Shown piece by piece: positions 21,279-34,771 of a DNA stretch of 64,000 bases; the stretch's first letter is position 1; every line of letters starts with the position of its first letter. The notes under the pieces were generated by a model, which was given only the letters and a program-made list of their open reading frames with translations, had not been told where the DNA came from and did no database searches. Both the position numbers and the translations under genes were made by a program. Source of the DNA: Diplonema japonicum (lineage: Eukaryota > Protista > Euglenozoa: Diplonemea); assembly GCA_964019335.1 (NCBI GenBank), contig OZ025672.1, forward strand, positions 613,204-677,203, given 5' to 3'.

Positions 21279-22884
21279 ATGATGCCCCGCTGGCCCGCTA
21301 CGATCGAGGATGTATTCAAGTCCTACGATTACGTACAGTCGTGGTTGGAGCTCGGGTCGGGCGTTCGTCTGCCTAAGGCGGGTTATGAAGGCGAGATAGA
21401 TCGGATTCCATCCTCGATCATTGATGTTGACGCGTTGCTGAAGCGTTTCCCTTCTCTGGGAGATTCCTTACGTTGGTGGCACGACCCGGCCTTCCTTGAG
21501 GGTATCGTGGACTTGGAGCACAGGAGGACACCCGGACCAGCCAACAGCAAGTTAAGCCCACATGTGGTTAGTCTCCGGTGCATGGGTCTGGTTGAACCGT
21601 CCGTGAGAGCCTCCTCCCCGTGGTTCCACTCTGCCTTCACAGTTCCCAAGAAGGACCCAACGAGGTTGAGGTTCATCCTGGGGTGTGTGGACCTCAATAA
21701 GGCAACGCTAGCTACCCCTACCCCTCCGTGTAGGTTGCCGTCCTACAAGAAAATCATTTCAACCCTGATGGGGACCGAGTTCTGCGCAGAGTTCGATTTC
21801 AAGTCCTTTTTTTACCAGTTCGGACTGCCCCCCCGCGTCAGGCCGTTTTTTTCACTGAGGGTCAAAGGCGGACACGGGGCTAGGACTTGCTTTCTGAGGA
21901 TGACTCGCCTGCCGATGGGCTATCGGGCTGCCCCGCAGGGGGCTCAGCATGTCTGCCTCGCGCTCGGATCTGCCGCGGTTCACGGTACCCCCGGCTGTCA
22001 TATTGCATGGATAGATAATAATTTGTTCTGCGCACCCTCCCTTCCTGCCCTGCAGGGCATATGCTCCGACTTTGAGCGCTTATGTCGGGAGTTCCGGATC
22101 ATTATAGGCGACCGTGTTGCCCCTTCACAGCGTATATCGTCCCTAGGGCTGGAGGTGGATTTGCGCGAAAAGAGGTGGCGACTGAGTGAGAAGTGGACCC
22201 TCAAGGTCGCCACGCAGGGCGATATCCTGATCAGGACCGGCGCGTCTCCGGGCGTGGTGGCGGCTTGCTGGGATCCTGCTGTGGCGGCGACACGCCACCT
22301 TGAGATCGTTTGCGCCTGTGGTTCCGATGCTGCGGTGGATGTCACGAGTCGCGAAGAAGGGTGACATGCGCTCCAAGGCCTTCTGGGAGGCTGAGGTCGT
22401 GGTAGGGACCGATGACCGAGCAGTTTTTCGAGGTGAGTTGGGAGAACTCGTTCGGAATGAGTGGTGCCACAGGGACGATGTCCTGCGACAGCGGGCCGTA
22501 GCGTACTCGGATGCCAGCATGGTCGGGTGGGGCGTGACGGTGGGCGTCGGGCGTTTTGCATGCGGGATCTTTCCCACGGGATGGGACGCGAGATCAATAT
22601 TCCTGAAAGAATTGTTCGCTGTTGCTCGTCTGGTAGACGTGATGACCCAGGACAGGGGCCGACTGGCCATCAAGGCGTTCTGCGACAACAAGGCCGTGAT
22701 CGGCGCGGTCGAACGCGGGTACTCCTTGGACGAGGATGTGATGCCCATGATCATGAATATCCAGACGGTACTGGACAGACACAGCAGCACCCTGTCCCTA
22801 GAGTATGTGTCCACACACGACAATCCCGCCGATGCCTACACGAGGCTTACCTGGCAGCGAAGGCGGACCGCGGAGGTCCTTTAG
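21279..22884 (+). CDS. reverse transcriptase-RNase H with one frameshift at about 22245
   Basis: RT motifs FTVPKKD..RFIL, DFKSFFYQF, RLPMGY..AP, WIDN, LGL; RNase H motifs YSDAS..GWG, KELFAV, FCDNKAV, NPADAYTR lie in the +1 frame. Confidence 0.88.
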
Positions 22885-22963
22885 ATACAAAACGTAGGGT
22901 GACCCAAGGTACTCCGGGCTCCCGTTTTCTTCGTCTTTCCTTGCACTCCTGCCTCTTAGGGGG

Positions 22964-23132
22964 CCGGCTGTGCACAAACAACAATCAACCGACTCTTTTT
23001 TGCATGAACAAGAAAAACAATATATTGATAATGAATTGTTATTGCTAAAAAGAGTAGTGGTAGCATTGTTGGGCTTATCCTTCTACAGGTTAATCCCGGC
23101 TGTGCACAAACAACAATCAACCGACTCTTTTT
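22964..23132 (+). repeat. split direct repeats B1-A2-B2
   Basis: CCGGCTGTGCACAAACAACAATCAACCGACTCTTTTT occurs at 22964 and 23096, flanking A2. Confidence 0.95.
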
Positions 23133-24927
23133 CCAGGAGGCATGGAGTCCTGGGCTCCTACCAAAGGGCTCATAGCATCGGTCAGACTGTTGTCCCAAAG
23201 GGTGCTGCGTAAGAAGGTGACGGTCTTAACACGGAAGGTCTCCAGGAAAGGTCTCGGGCAATGGTCACCGGGCATGTGTGGTCGGGACGCGCCCAAGGGA
23301 GCGCAAGGCCTCTCTTGCGACCTATTGGCATGAAGCTTTTGGGTCTCGCCTGCAGTGCTGGGGGCAAGGGCAGGCATCGTTCAAGATGGAAGCCCAACCA
23401 AAAAGATCAGTCATTGGGATTTGACAAGGCTGATCCTCTTGTCAGATTCTACTCCAACAAACGCAGTTCCACAGCCAGTGAGAAGGAGCTGCTGACAAAC
23501 GTTGGAAGACCTGTAGGGCGCCCCCCTATCCCGACGACGAGGAAAACATCTGATAAGGGACCTGGATCGGGTGTAAAGGTGTTTGTATGACGCCTGGTGC
23601 GCCTAAAACGCCCCTCCCATCCAACGCGCAAAACCCCTTGCCCCGTTGCCTGCAGCTGCAAGGGAGCTGTTCGCACAGCCGTACGACATGCGTACGTACG
23701 CCGTATGCGCTCCTCCAGATTTCACTGCGCACGCGTACGCCGACAACGTAGGCCTAGCCGGGGAGGGGGGAGACCAAGAGGGAGTGAAGAACCACAGGAC
23801 TAGCAGAAAAAGGGGGCGAGCAAGCCCTGCCGTGCGAAAGAGCATGCGAGAATGCTGAAATTCCGAGAAGGAGATCCTTGCGCGAGAATGCGAATGGGGT
23901 TTGTAAGGTCCGCTGCCGACCAAGAAGCACTGTGAGAGTGTGAAGCGGAAGAAAAACAAAGCGGAGGACCAGCAGAAGCCGGGGCAGCCAGTCAATTGAG
24001 GTAATCGTATCACTCAGAAAGCAAATCAGTGCATATGAAGGACAAATGCGAAGCATGAAGCGGCGTCACCTTCGCGATGCGGTGCAAGGTCAGCAAATCT
24101 GTTCTACCCGGCCAGGAGTGGGGGGCACAGATTAGCGCCTCTTCCGCCTGTTAATAAATGCTTGATGAATGAAAAAGAAGGCGGCAGTGCAGGTTTCAGT
24201 GACGAAGGCGCTGTGCTGTCCCCCTCCTCCCACTGAAAGGCAAGCCTGGTTTTCCATAAGACCACCCACCCAACTAACACTTGGTCCGTGAGTGTCATAT
24301 GCCAAATAGCAGCACACTGGGGAGGCCTTTCTTCTTCTTCTGCCTCAGGGACATGAGAGGTAGTGTGGGGGGAGGAGGGGAGGAAGGTGACCTCCACCTC
24401 GACCCCTTCGAAGGCTGGCTTGCAGTTGCGGCTTCGCTACGACCCCCGTTCTTCGCTCCACACCTCGCTTCTCCCGCGCTCGCCCCTCTCTTCCCCGTTA
24501 GCCGAGGGACCATGTTCCCTCCAGTAGATGACTTCGACATTTCCTTTCCCTGGGTTAAGGTATGCTTGGCTTGCAGGTGAAGAGAATAGATACGATAAGA
24601 TACCCCGAGACCCTCTTTTTCACCTTCCTTTATCCTTATCTTACTCTCTCTCCTCTTTTCCTTTTTGTACACTGTCTCCTTTTCTTCTCCTTTCTTGCTG
24701 GAGAAAAATAAAAGGGGGAAAAAAAAAAAAAAAAGAAAAAAAAGAAAAAAAGAAGAAGAAAAATGTATTATCAGGGAGGGGATTACTTTTGCCCCCCTAT
24801 AAAGAGCCTTCTCACAGCGGCCTGGAAAGAAAAGGGGTAAGGGAAAGAAGAAAAGGGTGTTCCTCTTCTTTGGGGTGGGGGGGGGGGGGCTGTGGCTAGA
24901 GGGGAAGAATACCCACCCGACATCGCT

Positions 24928-25545
<618 letters not shown>

Positions 25546-25781
25546 TTATTGGGTAGAGGTAGAGGGAGAAGAAAAAGAACAAAAATAAAAGAAAGAGAGA
25601 ATAAAAAGAAACAGTGAAGAGGGAAGGTCACCACGTGCACCCCCGCCGCTGTTCTTCGCGTTGTGTCCTTTTCGGGAGAAGAGAAGAGAAGAGAAGAGAA
25701 GAGAGGAGAAAGAGAAAGAGAAAGAGAAAGAGAAAGAGAACCGGTTCAGGGCTATGTTTCCATGCATTTTTTGAAAAAAAG

Positions 25782-25898
25782 GGAAACGGAAACGGAAACG
25801 GAAACGTTTCCCTATTTTGGGGCCGTTTCCTTGGGGCAAACATGGCCGTTTCCATAAGAATCTTGAAAACACGGAAACGGAAACGTTTCCACGTTTCC
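25782..25898. promoter_or_regulatory. GGAAAC/GTTTCC motif array in the divergent calmodulin-actin intergenic region (also at +15451 and +31629)
   Basis: (GGAAAC)4-GTTTCC and (GGAAAC)2-GTTTCC, containing two perfect GGAAACGTTTCC palindromes; regulatory function is inferred from position only. Confidence 0.35.
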
Positions 25899-26969
25899 TG
25901 TCAGCATAGGTTCAGGGGAGGGGAAGCAGCACCGTTTTCTGCCCCACCCCTCCTCATAGTTCTTATCTCCTTTTCATCGCAACAAGGATGATTGCCTACT
26001 CAAAAAAGCACTTTGTTTGCCCAGAGGCAGCGCCGCTCTTTCTCCTCTCTCACTCGTGTTGGGTTGGTAATCCCTTTAAATAAAGGAGTGGGTAAAAAGA
26101 AAAGATTATGAGGAGGGGATTGGGTGAAGCAGGGGGACATTGTCCTGAACCCCCGCGGGGCTCCTCTCGGCCCCCCCGCGGGGACGCCGCCCCCCCCGTA
26201 CCACAGAGCGTCCCGGCCACACACCTAAGAATATGCCCGGAACTGGTTTTTGCCCTCTTGCCTTTTTCTTTTTCTGGGCTTTTTATCCCACCCCATCTAC
26301 CCCCCCCCCCCCCCCCCTCTCCTCTTTTGTTTAAGGAGAGAGCGGTGTGAGCGATTTAAGAAGGTGGTGTGTGCTTTCTCTGGGTGACTGCACGCCCTCA
26401 CAGTTCTCCATATGTGTGCCTACACTCACACCACCACCTGCATGAACGTGGAACCTTTGGTTACCCGGGGGGAGAGACTGAGTTTCACACCGCACACATT
26501 GAGGACACGACGTGGAACGCAGCGGAAAGAAACTACAGCTTGGACGAGGTGGCGCCCCCCTGGTAATCAAGTAGATAGCAGTATTAGTTCATTTGCTTCG
26601 TTGCACACCTAGTGTCGCAGTCAAAGCCCGATTCCCCCTCTTTCTTCCGACCCCTCCTCCCTTCTCCACCACTCTCTCTCCCGGGCGAAACACCAGAGAG
26701 ACGAAAAGAAGATCTCTCTCTAGGAGAGCCTGCAGCTTTGCTGTTGCTGCTTCTGCGCAATTCGGCAATCCGCGCGGGCTCGTCTCGGTGCGGTGGGAGG
26801 TTGGGAGGGCTAGGAGTCCGAAGGAAAAGACTGGCTGCTGGCTCTGGCTCTAGCCCTCTTCTCAGAGACGGCTTCTTCTATCATTCTTATTTCAACAGTG
26901 AGCACCCCCCCGTACACACTGAGGTTTTATCGAGCTTATTTATAGTTATCTCCCTTTTCTGTTCGAAAG

Positions 26970-27003
<34 letters not shown>

Positions 27004-27063
27004 ACCAAAGCCAGAACCCTCCATCCTCTTTTAAAAAAAAGAAAAAAGAAAAAAAAGAAGAAA

Positions 27064-28230
27064 ATGGCCGACGAAGACGCTCAGGCAATTGTGTGCGACA
27101 ACGGATCCGGAATGGTGAAGGCAGGGTTCGCTGGGGACGACGCCCCCAGGTCTGTCTTCCCCTCCATCGTGGGGAGGCCGAAGACGGCGGCTGCGATGAT
27201 GGGCACAGCTAAAAAGGAGGCGTACATCGGCGACGATGCCCAGTCGAAGAGGGGGATCCTCCTCATCAAGTACCCCATCGAGCACGGGATCATCACCAAC
27301 TGGGACGACATGGAAAAGATCTGGCACCACACCTTCTTCAACGAGCTCCGCGTGGCCCCCGAGGACCACCCCGTCCTCCTCACGGAGGCTCCCATGAACC
27401 CGAAGGCGAACAGGGAGAAGATGACCCAGATCATGTTCGAGACCTTCAACAGCCCTGCCATGTACGTCGGCATCCAGGCTGTGCTCTCCCTCTACTCGAG
27501 TGGCCGCACCACCGGTATCGTTCTCGACTCTGGGGACGGTGTGACCCACACGGTCCCTATCTACGAGGGGTACTCCCTCCCCCACGCCGTTCTCCGTATC
27601 GACATGGCAGGCAGAGACATGACGGATTGGATGATCAAGCTCCTCACAGAGAGGGGAAACAGCTTCGTCACCTCCGCCGAGAGGGAGATCGTCCGTGACA
27701 TCAAGGAGAAGCTCGCCTACGTCGCTCTGGTATGACCAACCCTGGTATTCTCAAAACACAAACAGGACTTCGACGAGGAGATGTCCCTCGCCTCCTCCTC
27801 CTCTTCCCTGGAGAAGGACTACGAGCTCCCCGACGGACAGGTCATCACCGTTGGGTCCGAGAGGTTCAGGTGCCCCGAGGCCCTGTTCAAGCCCGCCTTC
27901 ATCGGTCTCGAGGCGAACGGGATCCACGAGACAGTGTACAACAGCATCATGAAGTGCGATATCGATGTGAGGAAAGACCTCTACGCCAACATCGTGCTCT
28001 CGGGAGGCACCACCATGTACGAGGGCCTCGCCGACCGTCTGTCAAAGGAGGTGACCAACCTCGCCCCCAACAGCATGAAGATCAAGGTTGTTGCGCCCCC
28101 CGAGAGGAAGTACTCTGTTTGGATCGGTGGATCTATCCTCTCATCCCTCTCCACCTTCGCTTCCATGTGGGTCAAGAAGGAGGAGTACGACGAGAGCGGT
28201 CCTGGGATCGTCCACAAGAAGTGTTTCTAG
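27064..28230 (+). CDS. ACT: actin, 376 aa; intron 27730-27765
   Basis: [18 protein letters not shown]..; a 36-nt GTATGA..CAG intron joins YVAL|DFDEEM. Confidence 0.98.
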
Positions 28231-28839
28231 AGGACCTACTCTACCCCTTTTTTTTTTATCTTACCCTTTTCACCTTGTCTCTTCTTTCGATTCTTCTGGG
28301 GGTGGGGTGGGGTGGGGTGGGGCGGGGCGCTTTACTTTGTTCTGTTCCTTATACAAATACTTTCCTTTTTTTTCTTTTCTCCTTCTTCTTTATTTCACCT
28401 CGTTCTTTCTTTTACATCTTCTTATTTCTCTTTTCATACCTCTTTTCATACCTCTTTTCTTTTTTCCTTTCCCTTGCCACAGTGTTCTTCTTCTACTCTG
28501 CCTTTCCTTTGACATGACGCCCCACGCAAACAAACACCGAAACACAGGTCCCTCCCTCTTTCAGAAGGAAAGAAGAGATGAATGCGCGGGCCCTCCCTGC
28601 TGCGCTAGCCGCGGCCATTATCCCCACCTCTGTGATAATATACTTGTTGGACACAGCAACAGAGAAAGAAGAGAAGGAAAGAAAGACCACTTCAACTGAA
28701 CGAACCTTGGGTTAGGGGGCGGAGGAGGAAAGGCGGGACCCGCAAGCCCGGGGGAGACAAGGAGGGGTAAAGACAGGGGGGGGAGGGGGATGAACACTCG
28801 GACAGTGAAGACACCCTATTATCCTTGCGCCTTTCTTGT

Positions 28840-29391
28840 CTATGATCTTCTCTTCTTCCTTAGTGAGTTGGCGAGCCAGTCGAGCCCCTCGTAGAGCCCC
28901 TCACCCGTGGCTGCACAAGCCCCTTGGATGTACCACTCCCTTCCCCTCAGGGAGTGAAGCCCTAGCTTGTCCGTGATCTCTGCTGTGGTCATGGCGTTGG
29001 GGAGGTCCTGCTTGTTGGCGAAGACGAGGAGGTGTGCGTCGTTGAGGTCCTCGTCGGAGGTGAGCTTCCGCAGCTCCTCCGCTGCGATCTTTATTCTGTC
29101 CTTGTCGTTGGAGTCGATGACGAAGATGATCCCGTCTGAACCAGAGAAGTAGTGCCTCCACAAGGGTCTGAGCTTGTCCTGACCGCCGATGTCCCACATC
29201 GTGAACTTCAGGTTCTTGTACTCCACTGTCTCCACGTTGAAGCCGATGGTCGGGATAGATGTCACGAGGTCCCCCAGCTTCAGCTTGTATAGAATGGTCG
29301 TCTTCCCAGAGGCATCGAGACCCACCATCAGCAGCTTCACATTCTGCGAGGGGAAGAGCGACGCAAACAGCTTTCCGACAGATGCACCCAT
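28840..29391 (-). CDS. ARF-family GTPase, intronless (B/A chimera)
   Basis: MG myristoylation site, [18 protein letters not shown]; 183 aa. Confidence 0.95.
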   Translation of the reverse strand: MGASVGKLFASLFPSQNVKLLMVGLDASGKTTILYKLKLGDLVTSIPTIGFNVETVEYKNLKFTMWDIGGQDKLRPLWRHYFSGSDGIIFVIDSNDKDRIKIAAEELRKLTSDEDLNDAHLLVFANKQDLPNAMTTAEITDKLGLHSLRGREWYIQGACAATGEGLYEGLDWLANSLRKKRRS

Positions 29392-29406
29392 TGATCTCTT
29401 GTTTTA

Positions 29407-30330
<924 letters not shown>

Positions 30331-30469
30331 TTATTGGGGGTGGGGTGGGGTCACGACAGAGAAATAATGAAAAGGCGACTCCCCAAGCGTGCCAGAAGAG
30401 AGAGAGCTATCGGATGCCGGCTTCCATGACCACCTTGTCTTGTTCGGGGTGGGGGGGAGGAGGGAGAGG

Positions 30470-30507
<38 letters not shown>

Positions 30508-30617
30508 AGTCCTCTCCTCCTTCCTTTCGTTTCCCTTTCTTTACTCTCCTCCCATCTCCTCACCCCTCCTCCCTCCCCCCTCCTGGATCACTCCTCCTTC
30601 TCCGGCCTCTCCTTTCC

Positions 30618-31216
<599 letters not shown>

Positions 31217-31883
31217 GGTTGCTCCTGCCGGAGAAGAGAGTGAGAGAAAAAAGGCGTAACAAGAAGTGTAGCTATCGGGTGCCGATTTCCACGGCCACCT
31301 GTCCGGATGAACCGACAACCCATTGTGAGATCTGACAGCGGCCGTGGTTATCATTTGGCACAGGTGGTTGTGACAATGCCTGCAATAAAAAGGTGCAACA
31401 GTCTTGGTTGGTAGTTTGAGGGTCTTTTCCTTTTTTACACTGTCCGGCTGGGTAACACATCTATGACTTTGTGGGGCCCCGACGTCCCCCCGGGGGGGGG
31501 ACAACGCGCGCCGTCCTCCAGCGCGATCCGCTATCCGTACGGATTCCCTCGTCCACATTCGCTTTCGGGTTGTTGTGTTTTCTGATGTCACACCACCAAC
31601 ACATCTGTGTAGTGTGTGTGTGTGTGCTGCATAAGTGTGTGTGTATGTGCGGGTGTGAGCGGTTAGGCGTGGTGGTGGTGGTGGGCGTGTGTCGTGCGGC
31701 CTTCAGTCAGAACCAGGCAGGCAAGCAAGTAAGTACGCCGATGCCGTCGTTCGCCCCCCCCCCCCCCCCCCCCATTCCCTTCACCTGTTACTTCGTCGTC
31801 TTATTTTCTATTCTCCAACCTTAAAACCGTTCTTATATTTGCACAACAGAGAAGAAAAGAGAAGAAAAAAGAAGATTAAAAAT

Positions 31884-32864
31884 ATGATACTCCCTAGGCA
31901 GGCAGTCTCAACAGCAGCAGCAGTGTTACCTTTCATCGAGGCAAAGGACCCAGGGAACCGCCTCGCTGTTGTAAGAATTCCCTTCTCTGCGACCTTTGAC
32001 ACCCAGGGGAGGCACACCCACCTGATGGAGAAGAGCTATGCGAACCACCACATCGACGCAAGCTTTCAGCACCCTCAACAACACTACCATAGACGCCCAG
32101 GTGAGGCAGCAGCACGCCCCTTGAGCGTCTGCATCCTTTTCCACAGAGGGGCCTGCAAGTCACAGAGGAGGTGCAGGCAGCTCCACGTTCTCCCGAAGGT
32201 GGTTGACAGGTTGAGAGACGAAGCTGCAGGGCCGTGCTGTGCCGCGCACACCGCCGCCGCTTCCCGATGCGCAAACAGAAAGAGCAGCGATGACAACGAA
32301 GATCCCTGGGGGAGAAGGCCTGTGGAGATAGTAGAGGGGGAGGCACGGAAGTCTCTTTCCGAGGGGCTGACAACGGAGAACTTCGAGACAACGAAGGGGC
32401 TATCCGACCTAATGAAGAGATTCAGCGCGGAAGGGGTGATCGTGGTTGAGGCGGAGAAGATCTGCGGGCTGAATAGCCTGAAGCGGTGCAAGTGGGGATC
32501 CAGGTGTATCAACATCCACGTGTGCAGAGAGGCATCTATTTCGAGTGCGGCAGGGCGGGGCACGAGGGGTCCCCCTCTGTCCTCCGGCACAGGAGGAGGA
32601 GTCAGATGCGTGAGGGATCTGGGAACAACCGGTGGGAGGGACCTGGTGAGAGGAGGAGAAGAAGGAGGAGGAGGAGGTTACGGGAGAGATCTCATGGCCT
32701 TGGGCAGGTTTGCGGCTTCGTTTTCCCCCTGCCCCACCTCCGTTGCTTCCTCTTCTTCCGTCTTCTCCTCTGCTGCCTCCTCCTCTGGATCTTCTTCCTT
32801 CTCCTGCTCGCCTCCTCTCTCACCTTCTATTCCTCCTCTGCTCGAGGACGAGGACCCCGTGTGA
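31884..32864 (+). CDS. CCCH zinc-finger (ZC3H-type) RNA-binding protein
   Basis: Two C-x7-C-x5-C-x3-H fingers (CILFHRGACKSQRRCRQLH, CGLNSLKRCKWGSRCINIH) with a CCxxH motif between them, as in kinetoplastid ZC3H proteins. Confidence 0.8.
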   Translation: MILPRQAVSTAAAVLPFIEAKDPGNRLAVVRIPFSATFDTQGRHTHLMEKSYANHHIDASFQHPQQHYHRRPGEAAARPLSVCILFHRGACKSQRRCRQLHVLPKVVDRLRDEAAGPCCAAHTAAASRCANRKSSDDNEDPWGRRPVEIVEGEARKSLSEGLTTENFETTKGLSDLMKRFSAEGVIVVEAEKICGLNSLKRCKWGSRCINIHVCREASISSAAGRGTRGPPLSSGTGGGVRCVRDLGTTGGRDLVRGGEEGGGGGYGRDLMALGRFAASFSPCPTSVASSSSVFSSAASSSGSSSFSCSPPLSPSIPPLLEDEDPV

Positions 32865-33130
32865 CATGGAAGGGCGCAGCAGGCAGGACGCAACAGCCCT
32901 TACCTATCCTAACCTTTGTTACCTTGCTAGTTGGTTGGTTGGCTGGTTGGTTAGTTAGTTAGTTAGTTAGTTTAGTTAGTTAGCTAGTGTTATTCTTTTT
33001 CTTCCACCAAAGATACTTCGTCCCGGAAATTGGTTTATTTTACTTATATATTATATATTATCTCCTCTTTTTATGTTCCCCAACAGCAAGAACAACCAAA
33101 AATACGAAGAGAGAGGAGAAAGATAAAAAA

Positions 33131-34771
33131 ATGGCAGCCCGCCTTACCTCCGATCAGGCGTTCGACGGATGCTCTGTGACGTCAACAACCGGGGGCAGCA
33201 TGGGGTACACAGACACGACGGACATGGGGAGCGAGCCATACTGCAGGAACGAAAACTCGAACAGGCAGGCCCTCCAGGGAGCGGCGGCAGTACCTGGGAC
33301 CGGACCCGGTGCCACTACCTCTGCCTCCACGATGTCGCACTGCGCGGGATACGCGACGGTGCTCGTCAACGGGGTGCAGCTCATCAGGTGCCCTATCCCG
33401 GAGGTCGGACAACTCTCAACAACGGAGGTTGAAGCAGAGGACGTGAACATCTCGGGAGAGGTCGGGGGAATGGGGCTCGACATCCTCTTCATGGCAGCAC
33501 AGGGGTCGGCGGCGGAGGGCCACGAGTGGAAGGCGACGCTTGTCGCGAAGGGCGATCCACTCCTCAGGAAGCAGCGACCGTCAATCTGCCCTGCAGCAGA
33601 GGAGCCGCAGGCCGTGCACAGAATCAACATCGGGGCAGTGGCGCAGCCGGGGAGCAGCTCGCACGTCGGCTACTATCTCCAGGCCGTCCCGCACACCTTC
33701 GAGGTCGTGATCAGCCACCTCCCCGTGCAGCCGATGGCCCCCACGCCGGCAGAACATCAGCTCGTGAAGGAGGTGAGATCGGTGCTTGAGAACCCGAGGC
33801 TGAACAAGGAGGGAGGCTCTCTGAGCTCTGTCCTTCTCAACAACAAGGCGAAGGACAGCGTCTTGTACGAGAAGGTAGTCGGGCGCCTCTACGGCGGGTC
33901 ATGGTCGGAGTTCCTGAAGGCGCACGGTGGCGAGCTAGAGATCTTCTACTACAAGGAGACGGAGATCAAGCGGAAGGACCTTGCCCCCCACATCAAGCGC
34001 TGCGACGCGCGGGTCTTCCTCGCCGGGAAGCCCATGGCCGAGGTTCAGGAGGCGGACCGTGTGCGCTGCGACAGGCAGAGACAAGGCGAGGAAGAGTTCA
34101 AGAGCTTCCTCATCCGGGCCCTCGCCTCGGGGGAGGTCTCGCAAAAGGAGCTCCTCGCAGACCTGAAGACGTGCAAGGGCTTCACAGACTCCCTCTTCCC
34201 GACCTTCTCTCTCCTCATGCGCTTCCTCTCCCGCCACAGCGACACTTTCGTCTGGGCTTCTGACCCGGACCAGCCTACCAGGATCGGTCTCGCTTCTAAG
34301 GACAGGTACCCGCACCACGAGACTCCCGATGTCTTCATCAAGGTGAACCAGGAGGACGGCGGCGACAACCCGTGCGGGAGCAAGAGGGGACCTCACCATC
34401 AGCATCAGCTGCAGTACCCCAGGCAGCAGCAACAACAACAACAACAACCACAACAACACCATCGCAGCGCACAGCTCCCCCCTCTTCCCCCTCGAAACGT
34501 GCACAGCAGCACGCAGCACCCTAGAAGCGAGCAGGCCATTCCAGAGGGAAGCAGCAGCAGCAGCTCCCTACAACCACCCTTCTACGATGAGCAGCAACAG
34601 CAGCAGCAAGGAACACCCCCGTATCAGCAATATGCGGCCACGACCTACGAAAGCAGCACCGCGGCGACAGGCTGCTACCAAACCGCCTACCACCGCACGT
34701 GCTACCGCCATGATCCGTATCAGGAGGCAGGGTCCTTTGTCTACCTCCCTACCCCGCAGGTCGTGTCCTGA
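33131..34771 (+). CDS. putative mRNA regulator: tandem winged-helix/LOTUS-like domains, polyQ and YRHDPY motif
   Basis: 546 aa from MAARL; YGGSWSEFLKAH and LMRFLSRHSDTF helices; YRHDPY at 34703-34720. Confidence 0.7.
   Translation: MAARLTSDQAFDGCSVTSTTGGSMGYTDTTDMGSEPYCRNENSNRQALQGAAAVPGTGPGATTSASTMSHCAGYATVLVNGVQLIRCPIPEVGQLSTTEVEAEDVNISGEVGGMGLDILFMAAQGSAAEGHEWKATLVAKGDPLLRKQRPSICPAAEEPQAVHRINIGAVAQPGSSSHVGYYLQAVPHTFEVVISHLPVQPMAPTPAEHQLVKEVRSVLENPRLNKEGGSLSSVLLNNKAKDSVLYEKVVGRLYGGSWSEFLKAHGGELEIFYYKETEIKRKDLAPHIKRCDARVFLAGKPMAEVQEADRVRCDRQRQGEEEFKSFLIRALASGEVSQKELLADLKTCKGFTDSLFPTFSLLMRFLSRHSDTFVWASDPDQPTRIGLASKDRYPHHETPDVFIKVNQEDGGDNPCGSKRGPHHQHQLQYPRQQQQQQQQPQQHHRSAQLPPLPPRNVHSSTQHPRSEQAIPEGSSSSSSLQPPFYDEQQQQQQGTPPYQQYAATTYESSTAATGCYQTAYHRTCYRHDPYQEAGSFVYLPTPQVVS

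Larger units (their letters stand above)
18950..23132 (+). mobile_element. tyrosine-recombinase (DIRS-order) retrotransposon, VIPER/TATE/Ngaro-like, with split direct repeats
   Basis: ORF order gag-YR-RT-RNase H; repeats A1 18953-19070, B1 22964-23001, A2 22996-23113, B2 23096-23132; both ends lie in T-runs; no TSD. Confidence 0.92.
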
